Shown here one piece after another: positions 29,833 through 37,642 of a stretch of 64,000 nucleotides of DNA (position 1 is its first letter; every line of letters starts with the position of its first letter). Made by a program: the position numbers and the translations under genes. Below the pieces are notes generated by a model. The model worked only from the letters and a program-made list of their open reading frames with translations, was not told the DNA's origin and ran no database searches. Source of the stretch: a virus; the IMG/VR virus record IMGVR_UViG_3300036766_002288, positions 32,001 to 96,000 of that record. One strand, 5' to 3'.

Positions 29833-31836
29833 TCATGTAACCACTGTGCTGACTTCATCTTTCATCTCTAAACATATTGAGTCACAACCAGATAGCATTT
29901 CCAATAATGCTTCATTGTGGTCAATAACAAAAACCTGTTTTTCTTTCGCTAACTCGCAAATCATTCTGTAAATACCAAGAACCCCAATAGCATCAACATT
30001 CATTGTTACTTCGTCTAGAAATATGACCGAAGGGGACGCACCAGAATTTAAAGAAGACACAAATGCCCATGCAGCGGCAACTGTTAGATTCAGTCTTCTT
30101 CTTTGCCCGCCCGACATTCCGTGATACACGTAAGGTCTTCCATTGAATGGATAACGGTCAATTGTTTCTTCGAGTTCGTTATTAAACGTCAATTTGATTT
30201 TATTGTCAATCAAAAATTGTAACCAGTATTCAATTCTGTCATTAAGTGTGGGAATGATACCATCAATGACATATTTCCTGATACCAGTATCCCCAAATGC
30301 CTTTACCCAAAATTCGTAATAAGGTAACAAATCTTCATTTTCCTTAATTTCATCCTTTTTCTTGTTACAGTCTTGGGCTTTAGTATTCAAATCATTGATG
30401 GCAGTGAGTTTAATTGCTTCAAAAGGTGATGAGCCTTTCATCTGCTCCTGTTTCTCAGTTGCTAGTTTCTTCAAATTTTCAAATTGCTCAGCAAGCAGCA
30501 ACTCTGAAATGTTAGAATCAGGCATTGTAACCTTACACAATTCATTAATCGCAAGATGCACACTATTGATTTCTTTGTTAACGTCATTTACCTTGTTTCC
30601 ATAATCTGCGATGACTCTTTCGCCCTTATTTTTAATAGTGTCCAGGCTCGTCAAATTGAGCAACTCGGTGTCGTGTTTTGTTTTAACCTCTTGTAAAAGT
30701 GGCTCATTCTCTTCCAGAACCTTCTTTGCCTGTGTAACGACCTTCGTAAAATTGGTCTCATTAACAACACCTAAACAATAAGGACATTCTTTATTGGTCT
30801 TTTCAGCTATTTCCCTAATACACTTCTGGTTATCAGATATTAGTTTTTCTAACTCGTCTTTTTTCTTCTTAAACACACTTATTGTTTCTTTAGAAGTTTT
30901 AATACTGGCAACAAGTTCATCACAACTGTTTTTGATTGCATTCAAAGCTCGCTGATAAGCTTCTTTTTTCTCTTCCAGGGTTGGCACCTTCTGTTTTAAA
31001 TCTGCTATCTGTTCTTGGGCATCTTGATAAGATGCAAGCGCCGCCCCCGTACTAGATTGCTCCAGTTCATCCCTTTTCTTTTTGATATCAGATAATAATT
31101 CATCTAATTCCTTCTTTAACTTTTCACGCCATTCATGTTCCTGTTTCTCTATTTGAGAAATTCTCGATACACATTCATCCTTCTGCACAACTAGAAACTC
31201 ATATTCTTTGCCAAGGTCTTTGATCTTAGTTTTAAGGTTCTTCTTCAGGTCATTAGTTTTTTCGAAATGGTTTCTATATTTTTCAAGTGACAAAATATTC
31301 TCAACAATCTCGCGTTTCTTGGTACTATCACATTCCAAAAACGGATGTGTATTATCATCACTAAAAATAAATATGTTTATAAACGACTCGTAAGTGAGAC
31401 CAATTTTTGATTCTATTTCAGCTTGCGCCCCTTTGCCCTTCGAAATTTCAGTATCCTTATTCCATATCCCCTCAGCACTCTTCCAAAGTCTTAATACTTG
31501 CTTATTATCACTATTTCTTTCCCTGACAACTCTATAATCATCCCACCTTACTTCTACAACTAGCTTCTTACCATCTTTGTTATTGATGAGATTAAGATGT
31601 GTTAATTTAGTTGGCTTCTTGATGGTTCTACCATAAAGACCATAAACTATGATTTCTGGTATACTGCTTTTACCACTTCCATTAGAAGCTTTCTCACTAT
31701 CTTCATCCACTACATCTAAATTCCTGCCTTTAATGGCCACAATATTCCCGTAAGACTTGAAGTCAATTTCAATTCCATCTTCGCCAAAGCACAGAAAATT
31801 TTGTGCTTTGGCGTATTTAAAATCCAAATTTATCAT
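29833..31836 (-). CDS. SMC/Rad50-like recombination ATPase (T4 gp46/SbcC)
   Basis: NGSGKSS Walker A, CPYC hook, MSGGQRRR signature, IFLDE Walker B. Confidence 0.92.
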   Translation of the reverse strand: MINLDFKYAKAQNFLCFGEDGIEIDFKSYGNIVAIKGRNLDVVDEDSEKASNGSGKSSIPEIIVYGLYGRTIKKPTKLTHLNLINNKDGKKLVVEVRWDDYRVVRERNSDNKQVLRLWKSAEGIWNKDTEISKGKGAQAEIESKIGLTYESFINIFIFSDDNTHPFLECDSTKKREIVENILSLEKYRNHFEKTNDLKKNLKTKIKDLGKEYEFLVVQKDECVSRISQIEKQEHEWREKLKKELDELLSDIKKKRDELEQSSTGAALASYQDAQEQIADLKQKVPTLEEKKEAYQRALNAIKNSCDELVASIKTSKETISVFKKKKDELEKLISDNQKCIREIAEKTNKECPYCLGVVNETNFTKVVTQAKKVLEENEPLLQEVKTKHDTELLNLTSLDTIKNKGERVIADYGNKVNDVNKEINSVHLAINELCKVTMPDSNISELLLAEQFENLKKLATEKQEQMKGSSPFEAIKLTAINDLNTKAQDCNKKKDEIKENEDLLPYYEFWVKAFGDTGIRKYVIDGIIPTLNDRIEYWLQFLIDNKIKLTFNNELEETIDRYPFNGRPYVYHGMSGGQRRRLNLTVAAAWAFVSSLNSGASPSVIFLDEVTMNVDAIGVLGIYRMICELAKEKQVFVIDHNEALLEMLSGCDSICLEMKDEVSTVVT

Positions 31837-32876
31837 ATTAATTCCTTAATACAGGTTATGCCAATTTCAATTAATTTTGTCTTATCAAGGTCGCCTGTGT
31901 CAGACTCCTTAGCATAAGTCTCAATCATTTCATCTTCTTTGTTTAAAATTGCTTTTGCATTTTGCACGACCTGTTTTTGATCGACTTTCATTTTTGGGCG
32001 AATCTCTAAAGTGCCTGGCTTTTTTTCCTGAATACTCTTCCTAATGTCAATCAAGTCCGTCGTATTAGCAGCTGTGTTCAACCTGACAAAATTTTTCTCA
32101 ATATCAAAGTTAGCGATATTGTCATCATCTGCGATTAAATGTTTTGGACTGAAATTATTTACAACGTACTCCTTTTTGCCAGAAGCTGGGTCGTAAATAA
32201 TGATGTGCTTTTCTTGAAAAGCTTCGCTAAAAGTTAATTGTAATGGCGACCCAATATATTCGACATTGCCTAGCTTCTGTTCTCCATGATAATGCCCTAA
32301 AAACACCTGCTCCCAATGTGTGAATAATTCAGGCCCAACTTTAACCATGTCCCCATCATGCTCTAAAATAACATCAGCCAAACTACTAAAAAGACCATGT
32401 AGCTCAGCACCATGTACCGCTAAATGACCTACTAATAATTTGTTTTGATTTTTTTCTAGAGTTTTTAAATGTTCGATTGGATTGCGAACGAATGGGAGAA
32501 AATCAATGATATTCCCAGCAATTTCTATTGAACATGCTTTGTCAATAATGGTTACTTTTGGCAACGCCGAAAAAGGCAAAACACTATTAATGTCCCATTT
32601 GTCTTGGAACCAAAGATCGTGATTGCCTAGAAGTAACCAAAGATTTATGCTGCCATCACAGTATTTTGACAATATGTCAAATGTTAAACAATAGGTGTGA
32701 ATATCTATTTTTTGGCGATCTTGAAGCAAATCGCCAGCAAAAACAATGTCCTTGATACCCCTGGTCTTAGCAGTTTCAAACACCCACTCTAAAGCTTTCA
32801 GACAATCTTGGAGTCGTTCAAAACTCCTCTTGTGCGTGTAAATGTGTGAATCTGCAAAAAGTAATATTTCACTCAT
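31833..32876 (-). CDS. Mre11-like nuclease (T4 gp47/SbcD)
   Basis: ADSH, AGDL, GNHD, FLGHYH, YIGSP motifs. Confidence 0.92.
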   Translation of the reverse strand: MSEILLFADSHIYTHKRSFERLQDCLKALEWVFETAKTRGIKDIVFAGDLLQDRQKIDIHTYCLTFDILSKYCDGSINLWLLLGNHDLWFQDKWDINSVLPFSALPKVTIIDKACSIEIAGNIIDFLPFVRNPIEHLKTLEKNQNKLLVGHLAVHGAELHGLFSSLADVILEHDGDMVKVGPELFTHWEQVFLGHYHGEQKLGNVEYIGSPLQLTFSEAFQEKHIIIYDPASGKKEYVVNNFSPKHLIADDDNIANFDIEKNFVRLNTAANTTDLIDIRKSIQEKKPGTLEIRPKMKVDQKQVVQNAKAILNKEDEMIETYAKESDTGDLDKTKLIEIGITCIKELI

Positions 32877-32911
32877 ACCAAGGATTATAGCAATGTATCC
32901 GAAAATAACAA

Positions 32912-33247
32912 TTACTTTTTGGTTTCGTTACCTGATAGTAACTTCTCAAGTATCTTCCAAACATTGATTTCAGGCATTTTGAAAATAGGTTGCATTCCTG
33001 CGGCTCCACCTGCACCGCCGCCTGGTGGTGGCATACCGCCCCCTGGACCCCCTCCTAAACCACCTAATGAAGGTGGTGGACCACCTCCTAATGGTGGCAT
33101 ACCGCCCCCTGGACCTCCCAATGGCCCTGCGCCTGGTGGTAATGAAGCTGGACCTCCTCCTGGTGGACCGCCTGCTGGGGCGGGTGGTGGCCCTGGTGGG
33201 GCTTCATTCAAAATAACTTCACTTAGGAACTTTTTAAAAGTTTTCAC
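32912..33247 (-). CDS. Pro/Gly low-complexity protein, N-terminus MKTFKKFLSEVILNEA
   Basis: ORF track; GGPPP/GGGMPP repeats. Confidence 0.7.
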   Translation of the reverse strand: MKTFKKFLSEVILNEAPPGPPPAPAGGPPGGGPASLPPGAGPLGGPGGGMPPLGGGPPPSLGGLGGGPGGGMPPPGGGAGGAAGMQPIFKMPEINVWKILEKLLSGNETKK

Positions 33248-33259
33248 TTAATATATAGT

Positions 33260-34147
33260 ATGGTTACTAAAATAAGCAAGGGGTTAGCTATGCATAATTT
33301 AGAAATTGGCCCATTATCCTTAACTTTCATGAGAACGGTTCGCGTTAAAGAAGTCGATACTTCTAATCTTCCGCCTGGTATGGGCTGCATGGATATTTAC
33401 AAAGTTTCTGATTATGGTGAAAATTGTCCCAATTCCTGGGATAGAGATGCTTATTTCATAGCAATGCACGACATTGAAGCCATGTGGATGAATTTTCAGT
33501 GCTGCACTCCTGTCGCCATATTAATCAGCGCAGGTAACATCAACGCTATTTCTGGAGAAGAATTTGAAAACAAACTAGCCAAGGACAATTATTTAATAGC
33601 CCCACCACAACCTTGGCTAGATGGTTGGAAAAGCAACGATGGTAGTGTTTATCAATTCGTTTCAACCACGGCAGGCGAAGGATTAAGTGTCGGAGAACAG
33701 ATTTCAAAAACTAAAGATCATGCAATGCAAATTTCAGTATTTGAACCAAAAGACCCAGAAAAATTACGTAATACATTGAATACACCAAGAACAACTTGGG
33801 GTATGTCTGATGACGATGAATGTATTGCTAGTGATTATGACTTTTGCAAATGTGGGTCATTAAAAATGTGCGCAAGTGAAATGGCAGTCGGAAAAGGTGG
33901 AAAAATAATACAAAAAATATACGAAGACCCACATGGAATTGAAGAGTGGAAAGAAAATCCTACAAAAACTGTAAAGGTTTACTTAATTAATGCTGCACAG
34001 TTTGCAGAAATTACAAATAAGGAAATGCCACCAACGCCAGTCAGTAATCAAGAATACCAAGGTATGTGGTATGGACTAGACGACAACCACCTTAATGGCA
34101 CAACTGGTTCGGCAATTTTCAATAATTTAAAAAGTGTAGGAACCTAA
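33260..34147 (+). CDS. conserved hypothetical protein
   Basis: EAMWMNF, PQPWLDG, YQFV motifs resembling a widespread uncharacterised family. Confidence 0.7.
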   Translation: MVTKISKGLAMHNLEIGPLSLTFMRTVRVKEVDTSNLPPGMGCMDIYKVSDYGENCPNSWDRDAYFIAMHDIEAMWMNFQCCTPVAILISAGNINAISGEEFENKLAKDNYLIAPPQPWLDGWKSNDGSVYQFVSTTAGEGLSVGEQISKTKDHAMQISVFEPKDPEKLRNTLNTPRTTWGMSDDDECIASDYDFCKCGSLKMCASEMAVGKGGKIIQKIYEDPHGIEEWKENPTKTVKVYLINAAQFAEITNKEMPPTPVSNQEYQGMWYGLDDNHLNGTTGSAIFNNLKSVGT

Positions 34148-34149
34148 TC

Positions 34150-34470
34150 ATGAAGACAATTTTTGCTCTAATTTTCGGACTAACCTTGTTTCTAACAACA
34201 GTTATGGCCGATGCGCAAGTAATAGTGACAAGACGAGAATCAAAAATTTATTATCCTGTTGCTATACAAAATAGCCAGTGGCGAACTTTTTTTGTCGCAC
34301 CACATGGCTTTTACTACGATAATCGTGGTCACTTAACACCAGTTGGTTTTCGTTTCCATACCACGTTTAGACGTGGCGACCATGTATATGGCAGGGTAGT
34401 AAGACTACGTGTAGTAGCTACTCCAGTAGTAACTTTTGGTGCATGGACGTATACTCCAGAATGGCGATAA
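34150..34470 (+). CDS. small secreted hypothetical protein
   Basis: signal peptide MKTIFALIFGLTLFLTTVMADA. Confidence 0.6.
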   Translation: MKTIFALIFGLTLFLTTVMADAQVIVTRRESKIYYPVAIQNSQWRTFFVAPHGFYYDNRGHLTPVGFRFHTTFRRGDHVYGRVVRLRVVATPVVTFGAWTYTPEWR

Positions 34471-34477
34471 AAAGTTC

Positions 34478-34505
34478 TTGACAAGTCAGAAATTCATGCT
34501 AAGAT
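34478..34505 (+). promoter_or_regulatory. sigma70-type promoter of tRNA region
   Basis: TTGACA-16nt-TAAGAT with TGn extended -10. Confidence 0.75.
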
Positions 34506-34570
34506 AACAGTGTAAGATTTTTATCTAGAAAAATTTGGGTCCGTTGCATATATTAAGTAAGGAATTTAAA

Positions 34571-34648
34571 ATGTTTAATTTATCCGTAAGTTTGCTGTCC
34601 AGTTTATCATCGTTACTCTATAGTAACGCGGGAAGAGGGACCGAGTAA
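34571..34648 (+). CDS. Ser/Leu/Tyr-rich leader peptide MFNLSVSLLSSLSSLLYSNAGRGTE
   Basis: SD TAAGGA at 34558; 14 of codons 4-18 are Ser/Leu/Tyr; followed by terminator. Confidence 0.8.
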   Translation: MFNLSVSLLSSLSSLLYSNAGRGTE

Positions 34649-34667
34649 GCATACGGATTTCAGGGTT

Positions 34668-34710
34668 AAAAACCCACCGTGAGCCGAAAGGTTTACGGTG
34701 GGTTTTTTGT
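34668..34710 (+). terminator. attenuator terminator hairpin
   Basis: 18-bp stem AAAAACCCACCGTGAGCC/GGTTTACGGTGGGTTTTT, GAAA loop, T-tract. Confidence 0.9.
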
Positions 34711-34713
34711 TGG

Positions 34714-34725
34714 GTTCTTTGACAA
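34714..34725 (+). promoter_or_regulatory. boxA-like antitermination site
   Basis: GTTCTTTGACAA resembles rrn boxA (GCTCTTTAACAA); 15 nt before first tRNA. Confidence 0.55.
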
Positions 34726-34740
34726 TTTGGCTAGATTCTT

Positions 34741-34823
34741 GGTAGGTTCGGCATTGGCAAGCCAGCTTATTTCGAAAATAAGTAAACCGAAAGGTTTTGA
34801 GAATTCAACTTTCTCACCTACCG
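34741..34823 (+). tRNA. tRNA-Ser(CGA)
   Basis: GGTAGGT/ACCTACC-G, CTTAT-TTCGAAA-ATAAG, long variable arm. Confidence 0.85.
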
Positions 34824-34852
34824 CTATACCTTAGTTGTACTGACTAAGGAAA

Positions 34853-34938
34853 GGGTGCTGTTCCACACGCTTGTCTGTAAAACAAGTGCCATTAATATGT
34901 GTGGTGGATGGCGATGGGTTCAAATCCTACGGTGCCCA
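34853..34938 (+). tRNA. aberrant tRNA-Tyr(GTA)-like gene lacking a normal D-arm
   Basis: CTTGT-CTGTAAA-ACAAG, T-loop TTCAAAT, A73; D region only ~9 nt. Confidence 0.6.
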
Positions 34939-34946
34939 CTTGAAAT

Positions 34947-35029
34947 GTAGCGTTTGGGCATTGGCAAGCCCCACTGACTGTAAATCAGCCGCCCTATGGG
35001 CATTGTAGATTCGACTCCTGCACGCTGCA
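34947..35029 (+). tRNA. tRNA-Tyr(GTA)
   Basis: GTAGCGT/ACGCTGC-A, CTGA-CTGTAAA-TCAG, GCCC/GGGC variable arm. Confidence 0.8.
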
Positions 35030-35036
35030 CTGACTT

Positions 35037-35125
35037 GGAGTAAATTGAAAGTGGCTATTCTAATCACTCCGCTAAAGTGACAGGTGGGGAAACCCGCCTT
35101 GTGAGTTCGACGCTCACTTACTCCG
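35037..35125 (+). tRNA. tRNA-Ser(GCT)
   Basis: GGAGTAA/TTACTCC-G, TCACT-CCGCTAA-AGTGA (C33), 7-bp variable arm. Confidence 0.8.
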
Positions 35126-35126
35126 C

Positions 35127-35187
35127 TTCAATAAATTTTCCAAAAATTTATTGAACGGTTACTCTTGTATTATTATACAAGGAGTAA
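35127..35187 (+). promoter_or_regulatory. AT-rich palindrome plus RBS-sequestering hairpin upstream of HNH gene
   Basis: TTCAATAAATTTT/AAAATTTATTGAA then TTACTCTTGTAT/ATACAAGGAGTAA covering AAGGAG. Confidence 0.6.
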
Positions 35188-35190
35188 TCT

Positions 35191-35742
35191 ATGAAAAATT
35201 TAGAAGTCGAAATTATGACATTAAGGGAAGATGGGCATTCTTACAACGCCATAGCAAAAAAACTAAATTGTTCTAAAGGCACAATTAGTTATTATTGCGG
35301 TGAAGGACAAAAACAAAAAAGTAAAACAAGGATTCAGAATAGAAGAAAAAATACTGTAATTTCGAAACGTGTTGAAAACTTTCAAATTGATAGAAAAATA
35401 AGAGACAAATCTGAAGATTTTCAACGGGAAAGAATAATTGTTAAGAGTAAAACTCGTTTAGGCAAACGGTCTTTGACATTTACTTGGAGAGATGTAATTG
35501 ATAAATTCGGATGGGAAACAATATGTTATCTAACTGGAAGGGCTATAAATTTAAGAGAGCCGAAAACTTATCAGTTTGACCATATACATCCTTACGGCAA
35601 AGGAGGAAGTTCAACTTTAGATAATTTAGGTATTCTTATTAAAGAAGTAAATCAAGCTAAGGCAGACATGACCGTTGAAGAATTTTTAAATCTATGTAAA
35701 GACGTTTTGGAATATAATGGCTATGAAGTAAAACGTTTGTAA
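35191..35742 (+). CDS. HTH-HNH homing endonuclease
   Basis: N-terminal HTH (GHSYNAIAKKLNCSKGTISYY); CYLTG...FDHIHP...NLG...NQAK. Confidence 0.88.
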   Translation: MKNLEVEIMTLREDGHSYNAIAKKLNCSKGTISYYCGEGQKQKSKTRIQNRRKNTVISKRVENFQIDRKIRDKSEDFQRERIIVKSKTRLGKRSLTFTWRDVIDKFGWETICYLTGRAINLREPKTYQFDHIHPYGKGGSSTLDNLGILIKEVNQAKADMTVEEFLNLCKDVLEYNGYEVKRL

Positions 35743-35760
35743 ATGGAAGCTTCCGCTTAT

Positions 35761-35834
35761 GGCACAGTAGGCAATTAGCAGACCACTTTCGCTTAAAACG
35801 AGAGATGCTGTCAGTGCAAATCTGACCTGTGCTA
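35761..35834 (+). tRNA. short-variable-loop tRNA, Leu anticodon TAA
   Basis: GGCACAG/CTGTGCT-A; CTTTCG-CTTAAAA-CGAGAG; T-loop TGCAAAT. Confidence 0.7.
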
Positions 35835-35838
35835 CTTT

Positions 35839-35912
35839 GGCGACGTAGGCAATTAGCAGACCACTTAGACTCAGACTCTGAGATGCTGTCAGTGCAAGTC
35901 TGACCGTCGCTA
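35839..35912 (+). tRNA. short-variable-loop tRNA, Leu anticodon CAG
   Basis: GGCGACG/CGTCGCT-A; CTTAGA-CTCAGAC-TCTGAG; T-loop TGCAAGT. Confidence 0.7.
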
Positions 35913-35918
35913 CTTTTT

Positions 35919-35992
35919 GGCAACGTAGGCAATTAGCAGACCACTTTCTTTCAAACGGAGAGATGCTATGGGTGCGAGTCCCATCGTTGCTA
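35919..35992 (+). tRNA. short-variable-loop tRNA, Leu anticodon CAA
   Basis: GGCAACG/CGTTGCT-A; CTTTCT-TTCAAAC-GGAGAG; T-loop TGCGAGT. Confidence 0.7.
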
Positions 35993-35994
35993 CT

Positions 35995-36168
35995 ATGATA
36001 CCTAGACGTTTCAGAATACTATCTTCGTCCTCAATTATGACAGAATTAGGGATCAAAGACACCTATGGTGTTTTCTTTCCTGACTTTGGCACATTCATTA
36101 TAATGTCTGAAGAAAGAGGAATAGATGAGTTTGATGGTTGTCCCGAAGATGTTGAGTGGTTGGACTAG
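35995..36168 (+). CDS. small hypothetical protein
   Basis: ATG just after tRNA; ORF-track start overlaps the tRNA. Confidence 0.5.
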   Translation: MIPRRFRILSSSSIMTELGIKDTYGVFFPDFGTFIIMSEERGIDEFDGCPEDVEWLD

Positions 36169-36175
36169 ATAGTAT

Positions 36176-36922
36176 ATGGCTATTTTCCTAGAACATGTGA
36201 ATAAGCGAGATTTAAATAAAAGATTATTTGAAACTTTTGGCAAGTACAAAGTCTTCATTGTAGACGGCCAAGCCATTAGAAAACTTAATCTAACTGACCA
36301 TGAGTTTACTGATTCCGCCATCCATGCTACCTTTCCTAAATTAATACCAGATAAGGAAATATGGATAGATGATGTAATCAAACCGAATGAAAGATTTATA
36401 TTGATAAGTAATTTACTATCATTATACAAGTATTTAAGTAAAGAATCCTTGGACAAAGCTTATGATAAAGCATTGAAAAAAGAAAAGTCGATGAGGGAAA
36501 AGGTAGACAACGTAAGATTACATCCAGAAAAAACGAATGAAAGAGCGTCACCGAAGGTTTACAAGAGTCTATATGGTAAGATTGGAGATGTTAAGATTTG
36601 GTTGGTAGATGGGGAATACGTAAGAGATAAGTATAAGACAGATTATACCGAAGGTGGACACGATTACGTATACAAATGGATTCCACACAATGAAATTTGG
36701 ATTGAGTCCACAATGCATAAGTCTGAAATGCCTTTGATCGTTTTACATGAATTTGTGGAAAGAACATTGATGAAGACCAAGGGAATAGAGTATGATAAGG
36801 CACATACGATTGCATCGAAAGTGGAATTTGCAAAAGAAGATAAGTTTGATAGGAACGATGTTTTATCCATGACTGAGGATAAGGCATTGAAGATGGACGA
36901 GACGCGAGTGGTTAGCAACTGA
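36176..36922 (+). CDS. hypothetical protein with internal duplication (VDG..IR/VR...IP..EIWI), HE-x2-E motif
   Basis: two similar ~110-aa halves; 3' end overlaps tRNA-Ser. Confidence 0.7.
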   Translation: MAIFLEHVNKRDLNKRLFETFGKYKVFIVDGQAIRKLNLTDHEFTDSAIHATFPKLIPDKEIWIDDVIKPNERFILISNLLSLYKYLSKESLDKAYDKALKKEKSMREKVDNVRLHPEKTNERASPKVYKSLYGKIGDVKIWLVDGEYVRDKYKTDYTEGGHDYVYKWIPHNEIWIESTMHKSEMPLIVLHEFVERTLMKTKGIEYDKAHTIASKVEFAKEDKFDRNDVLSMTEDKALKMDETRVVSN

Positions 36923-36977
36923 TTTTGAAAATCAGGGGACCGAAAGGTTCTGTGGGTTCGAATCCCATCTCGATCCG
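36895..36977 (+). tRNA. tRNA-Ser(TGA) with bulged acceptor stem
   Basis: GGACGAG/CTCG-A-TCC-G; CTGAT-TTTGAAA-ATCAG; long arm. Confidence 0.75.
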
Positions 36978-36980
36978 CTT

Positions 36981-37067
36981 GGAGCGTTGGCAGAGTGGCT
37001 GAATGCGCTAGTCTTGAAAACTAGAGTCCCCTCACGGGGACCGAGGGTTCAAATCCTTCACGCTCCG
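36981..37067 (+). tRNA. tRNA-Ser(TGA), canonical
   Basis: GGAGCGT/ACGCTCC-G; CTAGT-CTTGAAA-ACTAG; long arm. Confidence 0.92.
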
Positions 37068-37069
37068 TA

Positions 37070-37114
37070 CAATAAAATTATCATAATTTTTATTGAACCC
37101 TAACTATGTTAGGG
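37070..37114 (+). promoter_or_regulatory. AT-rich palindrome plus RBS-sequestering hairpin upstream of HNH gene
   Basis: CAATAAAATTAT/ATAATTTTTATTG then CCCTAAC/GTTAGGG just before ATG 37116. Confidence 0.6.
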
Positions 37115-37115
37115 C

Positions 37116-37640
37116 ATGAAAGAACAAATATTAAAACTCCGTGCAGAAGGTTTGTCTTATAGGGAAATCTGTGCCCGATTAGACTGCTCAAAAAGTGTAG
37201 TGTCCTACCATTGTGGGGATGGACAAAAAGTAAAAACTAGGATTAGGGCACAAAAAAGACGAGGCAGGGCGGTTGTAGATAATAAAATTTATAGATTCAA
37301 AAATAAAAAAGCCTTGAGAGACAAAACGAACGATTTCCAACGAAGAGAAGGGGGCAAGCTTAAAATTAGAAAAATTATTTTTAATTATGAAGATGTAATG
37401 CAAAAATTTGGAGAAACCCCTATATGCTATTTAACGGGAAGAGAAATAAATTTAGAAGACACAAAAAACTATCACTTTGACCATATTATACCAGCAACGC
37501 GCGGCGGCTCAAACGATATAGATAATTTAGGACTAGCGTGTAAAGAAGCAAATAAAGCTAAGTCAGATATGACAATAAATGAGTTTATACAAATTTGTAA
37601 AGAAGTATTAGAGCATAATGGTTACAGGGTAATTAAGTAA
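37116..37640 (+). CDS. HTH-HNH homing endonuclease (paralogue of 35191)
   Basis: GLSYREICARLDCSKSVVSYH; CYLTG...FDHIIP...NLGLACKEANKAK. Confidence 0.88.
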   Translation: MKEQILKLRAEGLSYREICARLDCSKSVVSYHCGDGQKVKTRIRAQKRRGRAVVDNKIYRFKNKKALRDKTNDFQRREGGKLKIRKIIFNYEDVMQKFGETPICYLTGREINLEDTKNYHFDHIIPATRGGSNDIDNLGLACKEANKAKSDMTINEFIQICKEVLEHNGYRVIK

Positions 37641-37642
37641 TT

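Noticed and set aside
35761-35992. CRISPR-like array (three near-identical units with variable middles)
   Set aside because: Units are full cloverleaves with compensatory stem changes and Leu anticodons; no cas genes; these are tRNA paralogues.
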